Of a stretch of 64,000 nt of DNA, positions 35,964 to 48,344 are shown piece after piece. This DNA is from Pseudovirgaria hyperparasitica (taxonomy: Eukaryota). The position numbers and the translations under genes were made by a program. The notes under the pieces are model-generated. The model was given only the letters and a program-made list of their open reading frames with translations, was not told where the DNA came from and searched no databases. The first letter of the stretch is position 1. Each line of letters begins with the position of its first letter. Location of the stretch: NCBI GenBank assembly GCA_010093815.1, contig ML996579.1; one strand, 5' to 3'.

Positions 35964-38318
35964 TCATACCTGATTGACAATGTCGCTCGCCCTCCTTAGG
36001 CTATCGACCATCTGAATACACTCCTTCCTTCGTCGGATAGTGTGATCGCTCTCCTTAAGCAGATCGTCCAGCTCCTCAGTCTTGTACATGTTCTCGAGCA
36101 ACTCACGCTGCATCTCATCCTTTGTCATGGCGACTAGATTCAGCATGATTGCCTTGGGCACCATGTCGATCATTGTGCGGCGCACAATGCTATAGTACGA
36201 CGCAATGAGGAGTTTGATGACTTCAACCTCCATGGCCTCCTTTTCGGACAGTGTTCCGGAGGCTCTAAGCGTCGGTGGTGGGGCTTCCATGGCAGCCATC
36301 TTCTTCTTGTTTTTGGACGCGAAGAACGAGCCGAAAAAGCCAGAACCACCGTCTGGGTCGAGCACAGGGGAGACTGCGCGTGGGGGAATCGCAGAAGCGG
36401 GCAGGGGCTTGCCGGTTTTCGGGTCGACCTGTGTGGGTTTCGTGGCGGAGTGACGCTCGTGAACGATTGCCATGGCCTTTGAGCCGTTGATGAAGTCTGG
36501 ATGACCGGTGTTGATGTAAGTAGCCTCCATGGACACAAGATCGCGGACAAGCTTGTTGGTGGGTTCCATAGATTTCTTGAAGAAGGCGACGACGACGGCG
36601 TGGAATTTCTCTTTGAGTGCTGGATAGCGGCGGAACATAGGCTTGGTGAGGAGTTGACCTAGGATGCGGATGAGCTCGTCATAGACGAGTGAAACACACT
36701 TTAGGCTGGGCTCTTCGAGGCGACGGATTTGTTGCTTGACGATAACCTCAAAGGCCGACGTTCCGACGAAGAGAGCTGGGGACGGACCGGAAGAGTTGAC
36801 CAGATATGTGCGGATGTCGTTATCTTTGACTTGGTCGAATGGGTCGACTGCCTTGACACCATTCGAGTATAGCTCGTGGTATACAAAGCTGATTCTGGCA
36901 CCTCCGGAGAGTTCGATACTAGACAGCTCCGTGTTCTTACCTTCTAGAACAGCCCGGTACTCGTTTGAGAACTCCGTGATCATATTTAGGACGACGTTTG
37001 AGTTGTTACCGAGCAGTGAATCACCAAGTGAGGCGAGCTCGGCGGAATATTTTTGCAATGAGGAAGCAATTCGAGCCTTTATATCTGGTAATGTTTGTTT
37101 GATGTGCATCATAAGAATCTGTTGCCCGTGTTAGCCTGATCTGACTTTGAGACTTTTACGATCAACGAACCAGGTTGAGTTTGCGGGCCAGATACGGCGT
37201 TCCGCAGTACGCTGCCTTGCTCCTGTACGCCTTGTGTTGCTCGAAAAATTGCCTCTCGTGTTCCAAGGCATAAGAAATAGCCTTCTTATTTTCGATATCC
37301 CTCTGTCCTCTGTTGACCACAGGTACGTAGCCTAGTCTGAGCGGAATGATACGTCCGGCTAAAATATCCACAACGTCGGTACCTTCGTCCATGAGATCTA
37401 CCTTGGTGAGGACACCGATGGTTCTTTGACCTTCTGGATCCACTTCTCTCGCCAACTTAAGGCCATCTGAGTTTGCCAGATCTGTATTGGCCGCCGTGAC
37501 AGCCAATATGATAGCATTGGTCTTGCTGATCTGCTTTAGAACCATTTCTCGGATCTGGCGCTCGATATCTCTGGGCTGATCGCCAACAGGCACTTTTGTC
37601 AGACCGGGCAAATCCACCAATGTGAGAGTCAGGACGTTGGGCGAGTAGATGCGCAGGTTAATGGGAGCAGGAGAAATGCCCCCATTGCGGCCTGTCTTCG
37701 ATTCAGTCTCGCGCACAATTTCATCACGAATTTTGCCAAAGTCATGGAACTTCTGGCCCGGAATATGCAGAAACTCGCCCCATTCATCAACATTGGCTTC
37801 CTTGTCATCTGCCTTAGACACAGTTTCATCGGCTTCGCCGACTGGCTCGCCATTGGTTTCGATCTTTGGTATAGCAGGTGGTCGGTTTATGAGTTGAAGG
37901 ATGAGTGGGCGTCTTGTGACAATGCCTGTTCCTCTTGGAAGACTGAGGGTATTACAGTATCAGCGAGGCGAGGGTGCCCATGGGGGACTAAGTGCTCACA
38001 AGTCTCTTCCAACGATATTTTCCAGTACTGAACTCTTTCCGCTCGATTGTGACCCTACGACAGCGATTTGCGGTAAATCTATGGGATTTTGAACCTATAG
38101 GGGTCATATCAGCAGGGTGTTTACAACTTCTCACGAAGGTTGAGAAGGGTCAAGGGCACACGCATACCCCTACGGTGGTAAAAACATCCTGAAGCTTGTT
38201 GACGAGTGTGATGAGGCCGGGGTCGTTGACGTTAATGCTATAAACACAGTTTCGTCAGCTTCTCTGTGGTCCCATATCAGTCGCAGCCCACTTACGCAGT
38301 TGAGCTTATAGACGCCAT
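35964..38318 (-). CDS. VPS1: Dynamin-like GTPase Vps1, 5 exons
   Basis: [79 protein letters not shown], and [27 protein letters not shown]. Confidence 0.95.
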
Positions 38319-38762
38319 CGCTGGCGGTGAAGTGAAGCGCTACTAGAGATAGATATTGATGCTACGTGGCGAAGTTGTAAGTGGTATATGTATAGAAGTA
38401 ACGCGGTTTGCGGTTTGCGCGAGAATGCTGCAGTGGTCCAGAATGCAAAGAGCTGTCGTGGTATCAAATGATCTACCTCTGCTTCAACCACAACCACCAT
38501 GTGGCTAGGGCGCGCACGGCCACTCTGCATTAGCTGTGGCGGCCAACACAGCGGAATACTCCCCAGGCAGCAGCAAATCTCTCAACTCTTACGTACCCAA
38601 TTAGGCAGCAGTATTATTCACTATTTGGGCAAGGTCCATGCTAACGCCTTGTATCAGAATCTTAAGAAGTCTATTGTTTGAGACTACGTCCAAAACGCTT
38701 CTCAGGGGACCATGCACTAGTCAAGCTACAGAACACAAATTCACGAGAATCAACATCTTGAC

Positions 38763-40872
38763 TTATTCGTCTGTCACAGATGCAAACTTGTCCATCATCT
38801 TTTGTTGCAGCGCTTCGTACTAGGTGAAAAGTTAGCGAAGTTCGCACGTCGTTGCTGAAAGAATGAACTCACCTTCTTCGTAATCTTTTCCTCGCCCTCT
38901 GAAGGCACTTCGAACTTCATACGACGTAGATCAGCTTGTATCTCAGATGTTGCCTCTCGAATCTTTGCCCAGCTCTGGCCTTGGGAAACTGCTTTTTGTG
39001 CCTCGTCATGGAATCCCATCATGCACTTCATCATCCACTCTGTTTTCCAGAGCGGACAGAATTGGTCGTAGTCACTATAGCCGTTTTGCTGCAGGAAGTC
39101 CTCTTTGATCAAAGTCGCGATATCCAGAGTAATCTTGTCTCCATCACCAAGAGCAGATTTACCGACCAGTTGAACGACTTGGTCCAAGTCCTCAGATGTC
39201 GTGAGAAGCTCCTTGACCCTGTCACGAAGGCGGGGAAACCCAGGGTTGTTCTCTTGATAGTACTTGTCCAAAGATTTCGTGTACTTGCTGTAACTAGCTG
39301 AGGTGTTGACTGACGGGAAGTGCTTTCTTTGCGCTAGCTTCTTGTCGAGACCCCAAAATACTTGGACAATGTTGAGAGTAGAACTGGTGACAGGTTCCGA
39401 GTAGTCACCACCCGGAGGGCTGACAGCACCAACAATACTTACACTTCCTTTGCGCTCTGGGCTACCCAATGCCGTGACTCGGCCAGCACGCTCGTAAAAA
39501 GAAGCGAGCTTGGCACCGAGGTAGGCAGGGAAACCTTGATCAGCAGGCATCTCTCCGAGACGTCCAGAAATCTCACGGAGCGCTTCAGCCCAACGCGAAG
39601 AAGAGTCAGCCATCATAGCCACAGCCTTCCCTTGATCGCGGAAATATTCAGCCACGGTTATACCTGTGTAGATAGAGGCCTCTCGTGCAGCCACGGGCAT
39701 GTTGGACGTGTTTGCAATCAGAGTCGTGCGCTTCATGATCGCTTCCTTGCGACCGTCCACGTCAATAGTCAGCTCGGGGAAGTCCATCAACACTTCGGCC
39801 ATTTCGTTTCCTCGTTCACCGCAACCGACATAGACAATAATGTCACTATTAGAGAACTTCGACAAACTTTGACTGATGACCGTCTTTCCACAGCCAAATG
39901 CGCCAGGAATACATACAGTACCACCTTGCACAGATGGGAAAAGGGCGTCAAGGACACGTTGTCCAACGATAAGGGGCTGATCGGATGAAAGCTTCTCGTT
40001 CGACGGACGAGGTACACGAACAGGCCAGTTGTGTACCATTGAGTATTCTGTTTTCTTGCCTTCAAACTCAAGCTCAAGAATCTTCGTGTCCACAGTATAG
40101 CTGCCCTTCTCGGCAATACGGGTGATAGTACCGCGGGCCCTTGGTGGCAAGAGAATCTTGTGGTCATTCAGGAGAGAGTTTTCGAAAACGCTGCCGAACA
40201 CATCACCTCCTGTGATGTGATCTCCAACCTTCAGCTTGCCAGGAGTAAAGTCCCATTTCTTCTCACGGTCGAGCGCAGGAATGTCAATACCTCGAGGAAT
40301 GTAGATAGAGTTCGAAAGATCGCTGATCTTCTTCAAAGGTCTTTGAATTCCGTCGTAGATCGTTTCCATAAGACCAGGGCCCAGTTCTACGGAAAGAGGC
40401 TTCCCAGAACGTATGACAGGGTCACCAACCTTTACACCAGCTGAATACGGAGCTCGTCAGTCATGCCTTCTGTTGAGTGGGACCTTTGCTAGGGCCAGCG
40501 CACCTGTCTCTTCATACACCTGAATAGTAGCTTTATCTGCATCGAGTCTAATAACTTCTCCAACAAGTTTATCGTTTCCAACTCTTACAAGCTCGTACAT
40601 AGCACATCCGATCATGCTTTCGGCGACAATAACGGGTCTGTTCTTATCAGTATCAGGATTGTAGTTGTTCGAACAGAAGTGGAGATATACCCAGAAATCG
40701 AGAAAACGGTACCTTTAATGGCACGTTAGTAAGAGATCTTTGGTTATGGATTGACAGATTATGGCATACCATGCTCCTCGCCATTGTCTTCCGTCTTCTT
40801 AGAGTTCTAGCGGGCCGCCCTGGTTAGCTACTCGCTCATGACAATAGGATCATCAAGACGTACAGGTGCCAT
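38763..40872 (-). CDS. VMA1: V-type ATPase catalytic subunit A (no intein), multi-exon
   Basis: P-loop [19 protein letters not shown] (uninterrupted at the VDE intein site), [24 protein letters not shown]. Micro-exons MAP | [12 protein letters not shown] | GTVFSISG; stop TAA at 38763. Confidence 0.97.
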
Positions 40873-41248
40873 TGTGGTAGATTTCAGCTGACCTCTATAG
40901 GGCTCTTCGACGACGCTCTTGTGTGTGGTAGCTGGAGCGGGTGAAGACGGTAAAGGGACTTCGATTGGGGTCTCAACTGTGACTCCGAAGTAATCTGCGC
41001 CCCGGGGTGTTGAGGGGCGGGACGGTGAGCGGTATTCAGAGCTCTGACTTTGGATGAGATCAAGTAGGGAAGGACGAGCTTTCAATCGAGGGCGGAGACC
41101 AAGCATACAATTGTGGTAGTCAATAGTTAATGGGGACGCAGTAGCCAAGAGCTGCTGCTTGCAAGCCGTCAGAGCTGCTCCAAGAGTGGGGCACACAGAC
41201 CAGCTAGGTTAGTACTACTGGGCAGCTGGCTCCCTCCTTGGCGCCTTA

Positions 41249-41732
41249 ATCCGTATATCCATAGTTACATGGGAAAGCTTGGCTGCCGATGTTCGCCCAT
41301 GTCACCAACACGCACGATTTAGTATAATTAACATTTTTATCTATTACCGCCGTATAATATATATATAGCTATAAAAATTACTATATATTAGTTCTATATA
41401 GTCCTAGTTATATATCTATCCTCTTTTTATTACTTTATATTATCTATAATACCTCTAAAATTAAAGAAAAAGAGTAAAAAGAGTAAGTAATAGAGAGATA
41501 CTCTTAGGTCTAGCTAGCTATATACCCCTATATTTAAACGCGCTCTAGAAGGATATAGAGAGAATACTAAGGATCTATAGTATTATATATTAGTTATACT
41601 ATCTCTTAAATACTATATAAGCGTAGTATAGTAGTAGTATATAAGAATATTAATTATACTTAATCGTGTGTGTTGGTGACATGGGCGGACATCGGGCGCC
41701 AAGCTTTCCCATGTAACTATGGATATACGGAT
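41249..41732. mobile_element. Non-autonomous TIR element (MITE/foldback), RIP-mutated interior
   Basis: 41249-41340 is the reverse complement of 41641-41732, with 7 mismatches in 92 bp and the first 35 bp perfect (ATCCGTATATCCATAGTTACATGGGAAAGCTTGGC). The interior is extremely TpA-rich and has no ORF. Confidence 0.9.
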
Positions 41733-41842
41733 AGTGGTTCTCTCTCACAAGACACGCCGTGCTCGAGTCGTTGATTTAAATCGATATTAAGGCTATGTGT
41801 ATATGAATTTATGCACCAAATGAACCACGAGTAGCATAATGT

Positions 41843-43199
41843 TCAGGTTTCGCTCTGCCGGTCATGTGTCTCCCAATTTATGTGGCCAAAGATATTTTGA
41901 GAATGCATCCGCATTGAGCTCCAGCTTTTCTTCGCCCTTGCTGGCTTCGTAACACTACTGGCTGTCTTCGAATCTACTCGAAGCTGAGAAGATGTCGATG
42001 TATTCATAGTTTCGGATAGAGGCTGACCCCAGAAGCTAATCTTACGAAGCCGCATACTGTGAGCTGGCGTGCTGTCGGACTCGACAAGATGAGGAAATAG
42101 CTTCGCTACCAGTGGTTTGATCGACAAGAGGCAAGCAAAAGCTATTCCAACATTGGCTTCTACAATTGATCAGGTCAGTGCCGCAACACCGGAGCCTTAG
42201 GTTGGATTAGCCTTGAAATGTAAGGTACTGACTGTACGGCAACTTACGAGTCAAATCATGCCAGACTTTGGCGGCGACGTCTACCATGACCACACGGAGT
42301 ATGCCGATAATACATACCCTTCAATATTTAGCAAATGACATACATCAGATCTGTTGTCATAGACTTACATTCCACCCAACGTAAACAACACCATAAGCCC
42401 TATTTTCTGTCGCCGCGGAAGCTTGAGCTGACTGACCAATGGCATTGGCAATAACCATACTACAAGGTCCAGAATAACATTGATTGGTGCTGTCGTATAC
42501 CAATATACCATAGCATCAATACACATGCCTGGTGTGCTTGGATTCTACATCTTCCGTATCGGAATACAAAGGAATACAGAGCCAAACACGCCCCAGATTG
42601 GAATAAGCGTCAAGACTATAAGTACGGCTTGGCACGTCCGACGAAAGATGATGACCGGAGTAGATGAAAATATACGCAGATATTGAGTAACAATTGAGGC
42701 TTTGGTTACGTTGACGACAATTTGATAGATCACGTTGCTGGCGATGATAAGCTAGTCACGGATCAGTATAGCTTTCGATGTCATCGAAAATCTTACCTTC
42801 GCCATAGTAGGGATTCTAGCATGGTTGTCCGCCCACTGAGATTCACCAATCCCAAGATGAACCTCTGTAATTGTCAACACCCTGTCGTGTCACATTTCCA
42901 TTTTATGGGATGAGCTCTAACCTGCTGCAACAACACCAGTCAAGGCAATCGCAAGTATCTGTGTAGTTCAGTAACTATACTCAGTTTATAATGTCTTAGA
43001 TATTACCCACCGTTGAGAAGACAATCATATAATCATCCAAACCAATAACTCGCGTGATGCACCAACGAGTATACCACCTTGCACCTACCGCAACCAAAGT
43101 AAGACCAACGCAACCGATTGCTGGCCCGAGAGCCGCCCATCCTATATCAGCTGGATGTCCTGCGATAACAAGAACAGTCGGTGGTTCTGAGTGATCCAT
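41843..43199 (-). pseudogene. PTH11-like (non-CFEM) rhodopsin-domain integral membrane receptor with two in-frame stops, 6 exons
   Basis: VGARWYTR...GLDDY, TKASIVTQYLRIF, FLCIPIRKM*NP...C, LDLVVWLLPMPLVSQLKLPRRQKIGL..LFTLG, LT*SIVEANVGIAFACL. Splice phases are consistent; stops at 42545-42547 (TAG) and 42170-42172 (TGA). Confidence 0.85.
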
Positions 43200-43970
43200 A
43201 TCATCAGCGCCAAAGCATCAGTCAAGGATAGTAGCCTTTCCAATCAGTGTGGGACACTCAGTTGTAAGATGCTCTGCACAGTACGTAGGCAAATGTCTCG
43301 GACCTCGCGGATGAAAATCCCCCTAACGTCTATTCATTGCGAACCAATAATTCCACCGCAACGAGACATGTTTTCTAAAATAATATCAGTGTTCTTCCTT
43401 CACCACTTACTAATATACTTTAGTTATATATTCTAATTCTCTGATGTATTTCTCTAAAATATAAGTTTGCAGATATAACAATATAACATTTCGATTGATA
43501 TTATCAACTATTCTTATCGAGCGGTTTCAAATAGCTTTAGGGTTATGCTTCTACTTTACCGGGACTGAGGACGTATTCTTAGCTTCGAATTTAGTCTTAG
43601 GTACTTGCTTTACCGACATATACGACAGCGAATTATAAACATTTGTATCCGAGTGAATTACGCTTTGTTGAGTCTCTCCGTGGACAGAGATCTACCATAT
43701 TATATGACGTTCGATTAACCACTAAGCTGCTGTACTATAGTTTTGCGCTATTCCTATAGTAGGCAGCAACTAGCTGTAGATAGAATAGTGTAAAAGTCGG
43801 TGGGACAAGCCATGCGCGATGATCCGAAGCTTCGTTTCGACAATTGCTTTGCCAAAGCCGCCTTAGCATATATCGTTCTCCTTTTCCTCCTCCCACCTCG
43901 CCTCGCTCCTCGACTCGCTCTAGTCACCCTTTCCCTCCCTCTTAGTACTTCTTAACACGCTAGTTGTTAA

Positions 43971-44720
43971 ATGTCTTGCGAAATTCCGAGCAAGATACAT
44001 ACAAATGCGATATTACCAGACAAACTAGAGTATCTCGGTGCTGGAAAATCTGCGGTGGTATATGGAATCGATTCTGAAAGGGTTTTGAAGGAGTTTCACG
44101 ATAGCGAAGGGAGTGGGACTGAGCGCAGAGTGTATCAGCGGCTTGGCTCACATCCAAATATTGCAAAGCTGCTAGATACTTGGGCAGATGGTTCTATTAT
44201 CCTCGAGCGAGGCACACCGCTTCGAAAGATCTGTCGAGCTTCTTCGTCGAACAAGATACCGGTTCTGACGAAAGTTCGCTGGCTGAGACACGCAGCTGAA
44301 GGCTATCGATATCTACACGCTTGCAATATTATTCATAGTGATGTTGGATGTAACAATCTGATTCTTATGGAGGGAGATCTGGTCAAATTAATTGACTTCG
44401 AAGGCTGTAGTATCGATGGTGGAGTTGCAGGTTCTTGCTATGAATGGTTCAGCTACTGCCCATCAACACCTAGGGTGAGTCAGCGTACAGATATTTTTGC
44501 ATTTGGTTGTGCAGTTTATGAAGTTATCATGGGGCAACCACCGTACCATGAGCTCGAAGCATCAGATCAGCGATACCTGCAGGTTGAAGAGTATTACAGA
44601 AACCGACAGTTTCCGGATGTTACAAACGTTCCTCTAGGTCCATTAATACAGAGTTGCTGGTCGGGCGATGTTAAATCCATGGACGAGATCATTCAGCAAC
44701 TAGAAGCTGTGAAAGATTAA
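43971..44720 (+). CDS. Small intronless atypical protein kinase (249 aa)
   Basis: G-loop LGAGKSAVVY, VLK, HPNI, catalytic loop IHSDVGCNNLIL, KLIDFEG, TDIFAFGCAVYE, CW. Confidence 0.88.
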   Translation: MSCEIPSKIHTNAILPDKLEYLGAGKSAVVYGIDSERVLKEFHDSEGSGTERRVYQRLGSHPNIAKLLDTWADGSIILERGTPLRKICRASSSNKIPVLTKVRWLRHAAEGYRYLHACNIIHSDVGCNNLILMEGDLVKLIDFEGCSIDGGVAGSCYEWFSYCPSTPRVSQRTDIFAFGCAVYEVIMGQPPYHELEASDQRYLQVEEYYRNRQFPDVTNVPLGPLIQSCWSGDVKSMDEIIQQLEAVKD

Positions 44721-45329
44721 GATATTATCATAAGCGTCAGGGTCCACAAGTATATATGAGCAGAACAGACCTATGTCCCTCTATCTACGGACTATCATCG
44801 TTACAAAGGACGAAGGTCTAAAGCGGCACAAGCCTAGCATTAGCAGTACCTCACCCTCCAAAAAAGAAAGTCTTGGTAGGGGTTCTATTGTTAACGTCTA
44901 GTTTCGAACAAACTAGCGAATCAAATATATACGTTCCCTAGCCTTCTGCATCCTCCCAAGCCAGCAAAGTAGGAAAGATATATTACATAGAATCCTCAGT
45001 GTGATTAATGGATGATGAGCTTTAGATGTGACCGCTTCTTGTCATCATGTGCTTAGAGGTGCTTTATTCAAATTCTGGTTCGCAAAAGCTTCTCTATAAC
45101 AACGTGGAGCTCTAATAACCTGACTCGCGAATGTTTGCCAGATAGAGGAGCAAGTTGTTTAGGTGAAGCCTTGTCCATATGATCTTTCAGGAGATCTACA
45201 CACTCCCAGGATTCGGAAATGAATGGGTCACCAGATGAGATCAACAGTGTTTTAGCACTTTTCACTACCAGTACATGAAGCCACTATCATGTGTTACAAC
45301 GGCGTGCGCAAGTAACGACGATGACTATA

Positions 45330-47503
45330 TCAGTCGATATCCATGTGACCATCCTCTTCGTCACTTTCGTCATCCTCATTTGCCATCTCTGCCTCCTCAT
45401 ATGGACCGTCTTCATCCCCGTCGTCCTCTTCGTCCTCTTCGTTGTACTCAAACAGGTTGATGGCTTCTTCTTCATCCTTGATACGAACATCATCTTCATC
45501 TCCAGTCCCGATGATATTCGCGCTGGCATCATTTGCTGCGAAAAGCTCTTTCAGGTTAGTACGCAATTTCCTGGATTGTGAAACGATGGTCCTAAAATCA
45601 CCAAGCAGGCGAGCCTCTGTCTCATTGTAGACATCCCCTGGCGGAATCCTAGTCTTGTCGATATTCTCATCGGTGATATGGTCTGGAAATCCAATGATTC
45701 TTTCATATAGAATCGGATCCAAAGGAACACCGTTGCGCAAAGCCAACATCTTGTCGCGCATGATAATTTTTGCTTTTCCGATTGTGCCCATATGATACCA
45801 TCCGGTTTTTTGGTTCTATGGAAGGATTAGTATATGACATGTACGAAGGCCCGAACAAACACTCACATCACACGTGGATCTGAGGTCTGTCGTCGAAAAG
45901 ACTTGTTGCAGCTGAGTATCCGTTATATCGCATATCTGCCACACGCAATGCTCAGAAGTGAAGCGTTCGCCATCGAATGTATATATTGGACTTCTTTGCT
46001 GACTTTCAAACATCACAGAGGTAGCTGTGTTTCGAAGTTGAGATAGGGATGTCATTTCTGGCAGGTCCGAATTCAGCTGAAATCCAATCGTCTGATATGA
46101 ACGATATTTTGGATTTTTTCGTGGATCGACCCCACGTCTGATGATGCAATTTTTCCATGGACCCATTTTGAAGCTATATCCGATGTAGGGCAAGGCTACG
46201 TGAAACTTGTTCTGGCGAGAAGAGCTGAAATCGATACGCAATACGCGGGTAGTGTTGATTGGCCGTTTCGCGAAATAAGCGCGAAGCTCCTTGATCAATT
46301 GCCGCACAGGGAGAGACTGTTTCTCTTCTGGTTGCATACCGATCGGGGCATCTGGGACATTTTCGGCGTCCCACTCGATCCTGGCTATCTGCGGCTTACG
46401 AAACTGATTTGAATTGAATGCTCTTAGGGGGCCGCCTTTCGAAACTGGGGCAAAATAGGTCAAAGGATTTTGAAGGTACCTTTTTTACGATCAGGTTTTG
46501 TTACTTGCTAGTGTGTCGCTCACTTACGAGTAATTGAATGGAACATCGATGCGGAAAAATTCTGCTGGTGGACCGGCGTCATTATCAGGACTATATAGAG
46601 CTAGAGCTGGATTGAGTCTGAAGTTTTTGAGTTTGGAATCTAACACAGCTTTCAGCATACACTTTATAGAGGCCGTAGTCTATACTCACAATCCAGAGAC
46701 ATCATAGTATTGCGGAACTCTCTGGTGAAACTGCTAGCAGTCGTGGCATATTGTGCGTCAGGGAGACCTAAGAATGGAGTCAGACATGATAAATTCGTGT
46801 GCCTAGCTCGCACATACTTCTGAATCTATGAGTGTCTTGAATGACACCAAGGACCCTGAAATTATATTTCTGTGGGTTATCACGAAGACTTTTGATCATA
46901 ACTTTCGGATCAGACATTACGGCGGCCTTAGTGGCATCAGAACTGACTTCGACATCCCCAGAAAACGCCTCTAAGCTCCCTCGTTTTCGCTTACGGCCTG
47001 TGCGTTTGGGGACGGTGACTTTGATTAACACGTTATTCGTGTTAACAATTCGAGACGTTATCTTCTTGGCCATTGAGTCGTCTGGGCGAAGAGACACACC
47101 GATGGTCCTTTTGTCTCTCTTGATAGGCGCAGCCTTATGCATGTGCTGTACCTTCTCCTTGTCTCTTGACTTTGATATGTCTCCATTCTTCTCCTTGGCT
47201 TCTTGCTTTTCTTTAGCTTCTTGCTCCCTGGCTTCATGTTCTGCCTTTGGCGATGCAGTATCGAGAAACTAGTAGGTATCAGCGTATGCGCCGCATTCTG
47301 ATCGCCGTGGGTAACGTGCTCACCCGCTCGAGAGCTACCTGACCACCAAGGGATTTGATACCTTTGTCGAAGTCTTTAATGATGCACGGATGTTCGATAC
47401 AAACAATAGAGTACGGTAGCACGTCTGAACGGGGTGCTGAAGGTATGTTCTTAACAATCCCGATCTTGGATGTATCAACTCCGGTGCTTTTTGCGGCAGA
47501 CAT
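45330..47503 (-). CDS. TFC1: RNA polymerase III transcription factor IIIC subunit tau95 (Tfc1/Sfc1/GTF3C5), multi-exon
   Basis: VCIEHPCIIKDFDKGIKSLGG, NVLIKVTVPKRTGRKRKRGS, THRFRS, FAKRPI, YSFKMGPWKNCIIRRGVDPRK, WQICDITD; acidic C-terminus. Confidence 0.88.
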
Positions 47504-48344
47504 TTTATTGTCGAGGAAAGGAGCCCGTTGATGAAGTGAGAAGCTCGAGTGAGAGCAAGAGCAAGAGCATTGAGCGAAATATCGGGACACGCGTGAAATC
47601 CACTTATATTCAAGTAACTGGGTTGTTTAGACGTAAGTGAGCACCGTATTCTCAGTAGATAGCCCAGTTCCGTCTCCGAAAAAGGTTGAGCTGGTGCTCA
47701 AATTGATTTGTACAGATTTGTGGTGTTCCAATCGTCCTCCGCCACGCCAAGCCTTTCCGCGATAGCTCTTGAGTAGACTTTTTCAGGATTCACGCCGGTC
47801 TGCTACACGCTGATGGCTATAAGATTCATCGGGGACTACTTCCATGTTCGATGTGGTGGATTTGCGAGCCATCAACGTTGAATGGTCGTGAGCTGTGACA
47901 GAATCATAAGTGGTGGTTCTCGGGCCCCTCCCTGGCACCTAGGTAGCTCGGCCTGAAGCAGTTGCCCATCGGCCGCATCACGTCGACCAGCGCCACCCGT
48001 GACTCGCTAATCCACTTGTTGCTCCCACCTCTAATGAACCGCCTGCCTTGCGATGGCCATGCAACATTATTCCCTTTCACCTCTTGCTACTCGATGACCA
48101 TGCCACATTTGCATCGCTAGGACCTCCGTCAGAAGTACCTCGCCGTCCTCTTATTTGCGACTCCTCGGACCTAAAGAAGCCGCAAGCCTACCTCTACCTC
48201 CTCCGACCTGTTCTTCAAACTGGCTGACATCCGTCACCATAACGTCCGTCATTGATCGAAGCTGCGTTCCGAGACCCGTGGAATCAATCCTGACCTGCCC
48301 ACCCGTGATTTAGGGCCACTGCTGCCCTCTACGCGCTGGCCGCC

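Noticed and set aside
39800..39840. VDE-type intein in VMA1
   Set aside because: [12 protein letters not shown] is contiguous; there is no insertion.
43722..43773. Short imperfect inverted repeat upstream of the kinase as a transposon or Helitron end
   Set aside because: The arms are only ~13-19 bp with bulges in AT-rich DNA, and I found no matching partner end on the other side of the kinase.
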